Positions 61,303-64,000 of a DNA stretch of 64,000 nucleotides are shown piece by piece. The stretch is from Macrostomum lignano (taxonomy: Eukaryota): contig NIVC01000746.1 of assembly GCA_002269645.1 (NCBI GenBank), forward strand, positions 124,001-188,000. The letters are read 5' to 3'. Every line of letters starts with the position of its first letter. Position 1 is the first letter of the stretch. The notes under the pieces were generated by a model. The model saw nothing but the letters and a program-made list of their open reading frames with translations, searched no databases and had not been told where the DNA came from. Position numbers and translations under genes: made by a program.

Positions 61303-61517
61303 GCGGCTTTCTAAGTCTTTTAGTCTGCATTACATTCGTCCTTTCGACCCCGAGCATGTTCGTGTGGAGGTTGTGCAGCCTAATTCACAAGAGAAAGCTT
61401 CTTGTTGAAGAGGAGCGCCGGCTGAACCGCGTCAGCCAGGATCCGATCGCGATCGAGCAGTTTGTGAACGAATTTCGCAGACGGTGCAAAGCTAAGGAGT
61501 TGCAGTACGAGTTCAAG
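61303..61517 (+). CDS. Receptor-type protein tyrosine phosphatase: TM and juxtamembrane exon
   Basis: Hydrophobic GFLSLLVCITFVLSTPSMFVW followed by basic HKRK, then PIAIEQF...LQYEFK|gtagct. The 5' boundary is uncertain because the acceptor is weak. Confidence 0.7.
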
Positions 61518-61564
61518 GTAGCTCTGAACTGTTCTTGAATAAGGAGCTGCTGTACCATTGGGGT

Positions 61565-61840
61565 CTGAAGCTGTGAGGAGATGCTGCAGGTGACTGAAGC
61601 TGTGAGGAGATGCTGCAGGTGACTGAAGCTGCGTGAGGAGATGCTGCAGGTGACTGAAGCTGTGAGAGGAGATGCTGCAGGTGACTGAAGCTGTGAGGAG
61701 ATGCTGCAGGTGACTGAAGCTGTGAGATTCTGCAGGTGACTGAAGCTGTGAGGAGATGCTGCAGGTGACTGAAGCTGTGAGGAGATGCTGCAGGTGACTG
61801 AAGCTGTGAGAGGAGATGCTGCAGGTGACTGAAGCTGTGA
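61565..61840. repeat. 29-31-bp minisatellite in a PTP intron
   Basis: Unit gtgactgaagctgtgaggagatgctgcag. Confidence 0.95.
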
Positions 61841-61894
61841 GGGGTAGAGGACGAGCGACTTTTCATTTTTAAAAAGCAATCAAAGTTTTTTCAG

Positions 61895-61930
61895 GCCATC
61901 GAGCTCATCTCAGTTGGCGACAAGCAGTCG
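61895..61930 (+). CDS. PTP 36-nt micro-exon (AIELISVGDKQS)
   Basis: ttttttcag|GCC...TCG|gtgagt, strong splice sites, phase 0-0. Confidence 0.6.
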
Positions 61931-62168
61931 GTGAGTCCAATTTGAACCCATTTGATACGGCAAAAATAAATCTGTGGGAATATTACCCGAGTCTGGGACT
62001 TCTTTACAACGTGAATCTATTTTTGTTGAAATTCGAGCCTCAAAGCAGCAGGTAGAAAGCATCGCTGCTTTGTTAGAAGAGTGCAGCTCAGAAAAATCAC
62101 TGGGATCACAGGGATATTTCTGTCACAAAGAGCCCTCCGCCAGTGTCGCATTCCCACCTGAAATTCAG

Positions 62169-62262
62169 ACGAAAATCCGCAGCGAAGGCAAGCACAAGAT
62201 CGCTTTGGCTGCCAAGCGCGCCTGCAATCGAGCCAAGAACCTCACGGAACGGGTGCTGCCCT
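62169..62262 (+). CDS. PTP exon with the pTyr-loop region (KNLTERVLP)
   Basis: attcag|ACG...CCC T|gtgagt. The split codon T|AC gives LPY. Confidence 0.75.
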
Positions 62263-62404
62263 GTGAGTTGCGACAAAATTTGTCGGGGAAATTCCGAAAA
62301 TACGAGCTAGCTTGCCATATATTATCCCAAAATCCCAAATCGTCCCAAGCAAACTGACACGAGAATCGTTTTTCAAAGCCCATTTTCTGACGGCCGTCTT
62401 GCAG

Positions 62405-62523
62405 ACGAACGCAACATTGTCCATTTGGATCAGTATTTGGACCAACCCGCCGCCGACCCAGGCAACGACGCAGCCGCGTGTAGTCATGGCAACGAGCCGT
62501 ATATCAACGCGAGCTGGATTGAC
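62405..62523 (+). CDS. PTP exon (YERNIVHL...EPYINASWID)
   Basis: cttgcag|AC...GAC|gtgagc; contains the YINAS motif. Confidence 0.88.
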
Positions 62524-63161
62524 GTGAGCATCACGGATGCCAATGCTTTGTGCTACACACTTGGCTTTGTGTGAGAGTGTCCTGTTTTAAGTCGTTAATC
62601 AGATCAAGTAATTACTGAAAAATCTTCAAAGAGTGAGTCTGTTATAATTACGAGTATAACCACTAAACGGACAGACTCTATTATGCTTCAGAAGAAAGGC
62701 GCGCGATTTCGGTTTTGATCTTAGGAGCAACACACTCGGGTTTGAGTTGTGAGGCGTCAATAATATGTTGAGAAACTCATTCACACTATATTATAGCCAT
62801 AGGCGGAGAGTCGCGCTCTTGTGATTCTCCCTGACGCTTCTTCACTTCTAAACAGGAACTGGGCCACTGATGTATTGAGGACGTTGCCAAGACTCCCGTG
62901 CTATGAGGCTGCTCACTTATTAAAGAAATAATCGGTGAAGAGCTGATTAAGCATATCAGAATTTGACTTTGCACTGGCTACAGTACGAGCGTATATGCAG
63001 TGTGTGCAAGCATTGGCATGTGATGTCAACTTGGATTTGTCTGGGTCTTCCTTACTGGTAGATTAAAAGGGTCCAACATGTTTGCCCCGTTGGTAACTTG
63101 TCCTCCAAATGTCTGTCCCGTGTTGTGTATTACAGCAAAATTACAGTGGAGAGGCTTGTAC

Positions 63162-63460
63162 GAGCGTAGCCTAGTGGTTAGAGTGTCAGACTCGCGACTG
63201 ATACGTCGTGAGTTCGATTCTCGACCCACTTGGAAAAATTTGTGTCCTTGAGCAAGACTTTTAACTCTGCACTGCTTCAGTTCACCCAGCTGTAGAATGG
63301 GTGCCTGCATTAGCTGGGGTAATTGAGGCTGTGTGTGGCGACCCCCCAGTCCTTGGACTGAACAGCCGTACGCAGCCTTCAGATACGCCGCGCAATAGCT
63401 GCGGCTGAGCTGTCGGTTGCACATCTGCCCATTAGGACAGGTGTAATAAATTATTGTTCT
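63162..63460 (+). mobile_element. tRNA-derived CORE-like SINE in a PTP intron
   Basis: A box tagcctagtgg, B box gagttcgattc, then gtgtccttgagcaagac...cagttcacccagctgtagaatggg resembling the CORE domain. Confidence 0.85.
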
Positions 63461-63593
63461 TATTATGTGCATTACAAATATAAATGACAAATACGTTTTC
63501 AGCCGGTGTCCCAGATTAAAGACAGTATCATTTTGTTATTCGATTGTGGCAACAGGTGTTCATGGAGCCCCTCACAACCAAATTGGATTCCAG

Positions 63594-63728
63594 GGCTACA
63601 AGCACCCGAAGAAGTTCATAGCAGCGCAAGGCCCGCTCTCCGCTACTAAAGCGGACTTCTGGCAGATGGTGTGGCAATATCAAGTACAGTGCATCGTCAT
63701 GACTACCAACCTGTTTGAGCACGCCAGG
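63594..63728 (+). CDS. PTP catalytic-domain exon; the gene continues beyond the window
   Basis: ttccag|GGC...AGG|gtatgt, 135 nt; [33 protein letters not shown]. Confidence 0.93.
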
Positions 63729-64000
63729 GTATGTCTGATTCTGTGAGAAATGAGCTATAGGATGGCGGGAATTATTTGCACCAAGTCCAGTGGTTGGTAT
63801 TCGAGAAAAGGAAAGCGAAAAGTTGAGTCCATATGGATTTAGCCGTGCTCAGGTCCGGGCACTTGACTTTACTCTTTCATGGTTTTGAGTTGAAGGCGCG
63901 GTTCGATCCGAGTCAGAGCTCAGCTCGTCACGCCGGACTTCAGAAGTGACAGGAGCTGCTAACTGAGCCATATGGTTTGCGCCAAGTCTGACTCCCGCTA

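Overview
This is animal (invertebrate) nuclear DNA. The minisatellite-packed giant introns and gene style resemble a free-living flatworm such as Macrostomum, but that is inference only. The left 35 kb is one eIF5B gene on the minus strand (6 coding exons, about 1064 aa, introns of 18.7 and 9.4 kb). It hosts a nested, opposite-strand, highly divergent SLC6-like gene, many minisatellites, a 273-bp head-to-tail array embedded in (TATC)n, and a Crypton-like tyrosine recombinase (YR) element. A two-exon HACD gene lies upstream on the same strand. An AT-rich 18-kb transposon graveyard with CpG deserts follows (mariner, Tc1, hAT MITE, young RTE insertion), then RPS27 and the 5' part of a receptor-type PTP whose KNRY loop reads KNLT. 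The best candidate for an undescribed system is a 1.5-kb YR element with all catalytic residues. It sits exactly in register inside a 21-bp minisatellite, and its joined ends would form a YR-type core site (AAGAAT-GTTAGG-ATTCTT). Most long ORFs in the supplied track are artefacts of tandem repeats. All alignments were done by eye and no database search was run.
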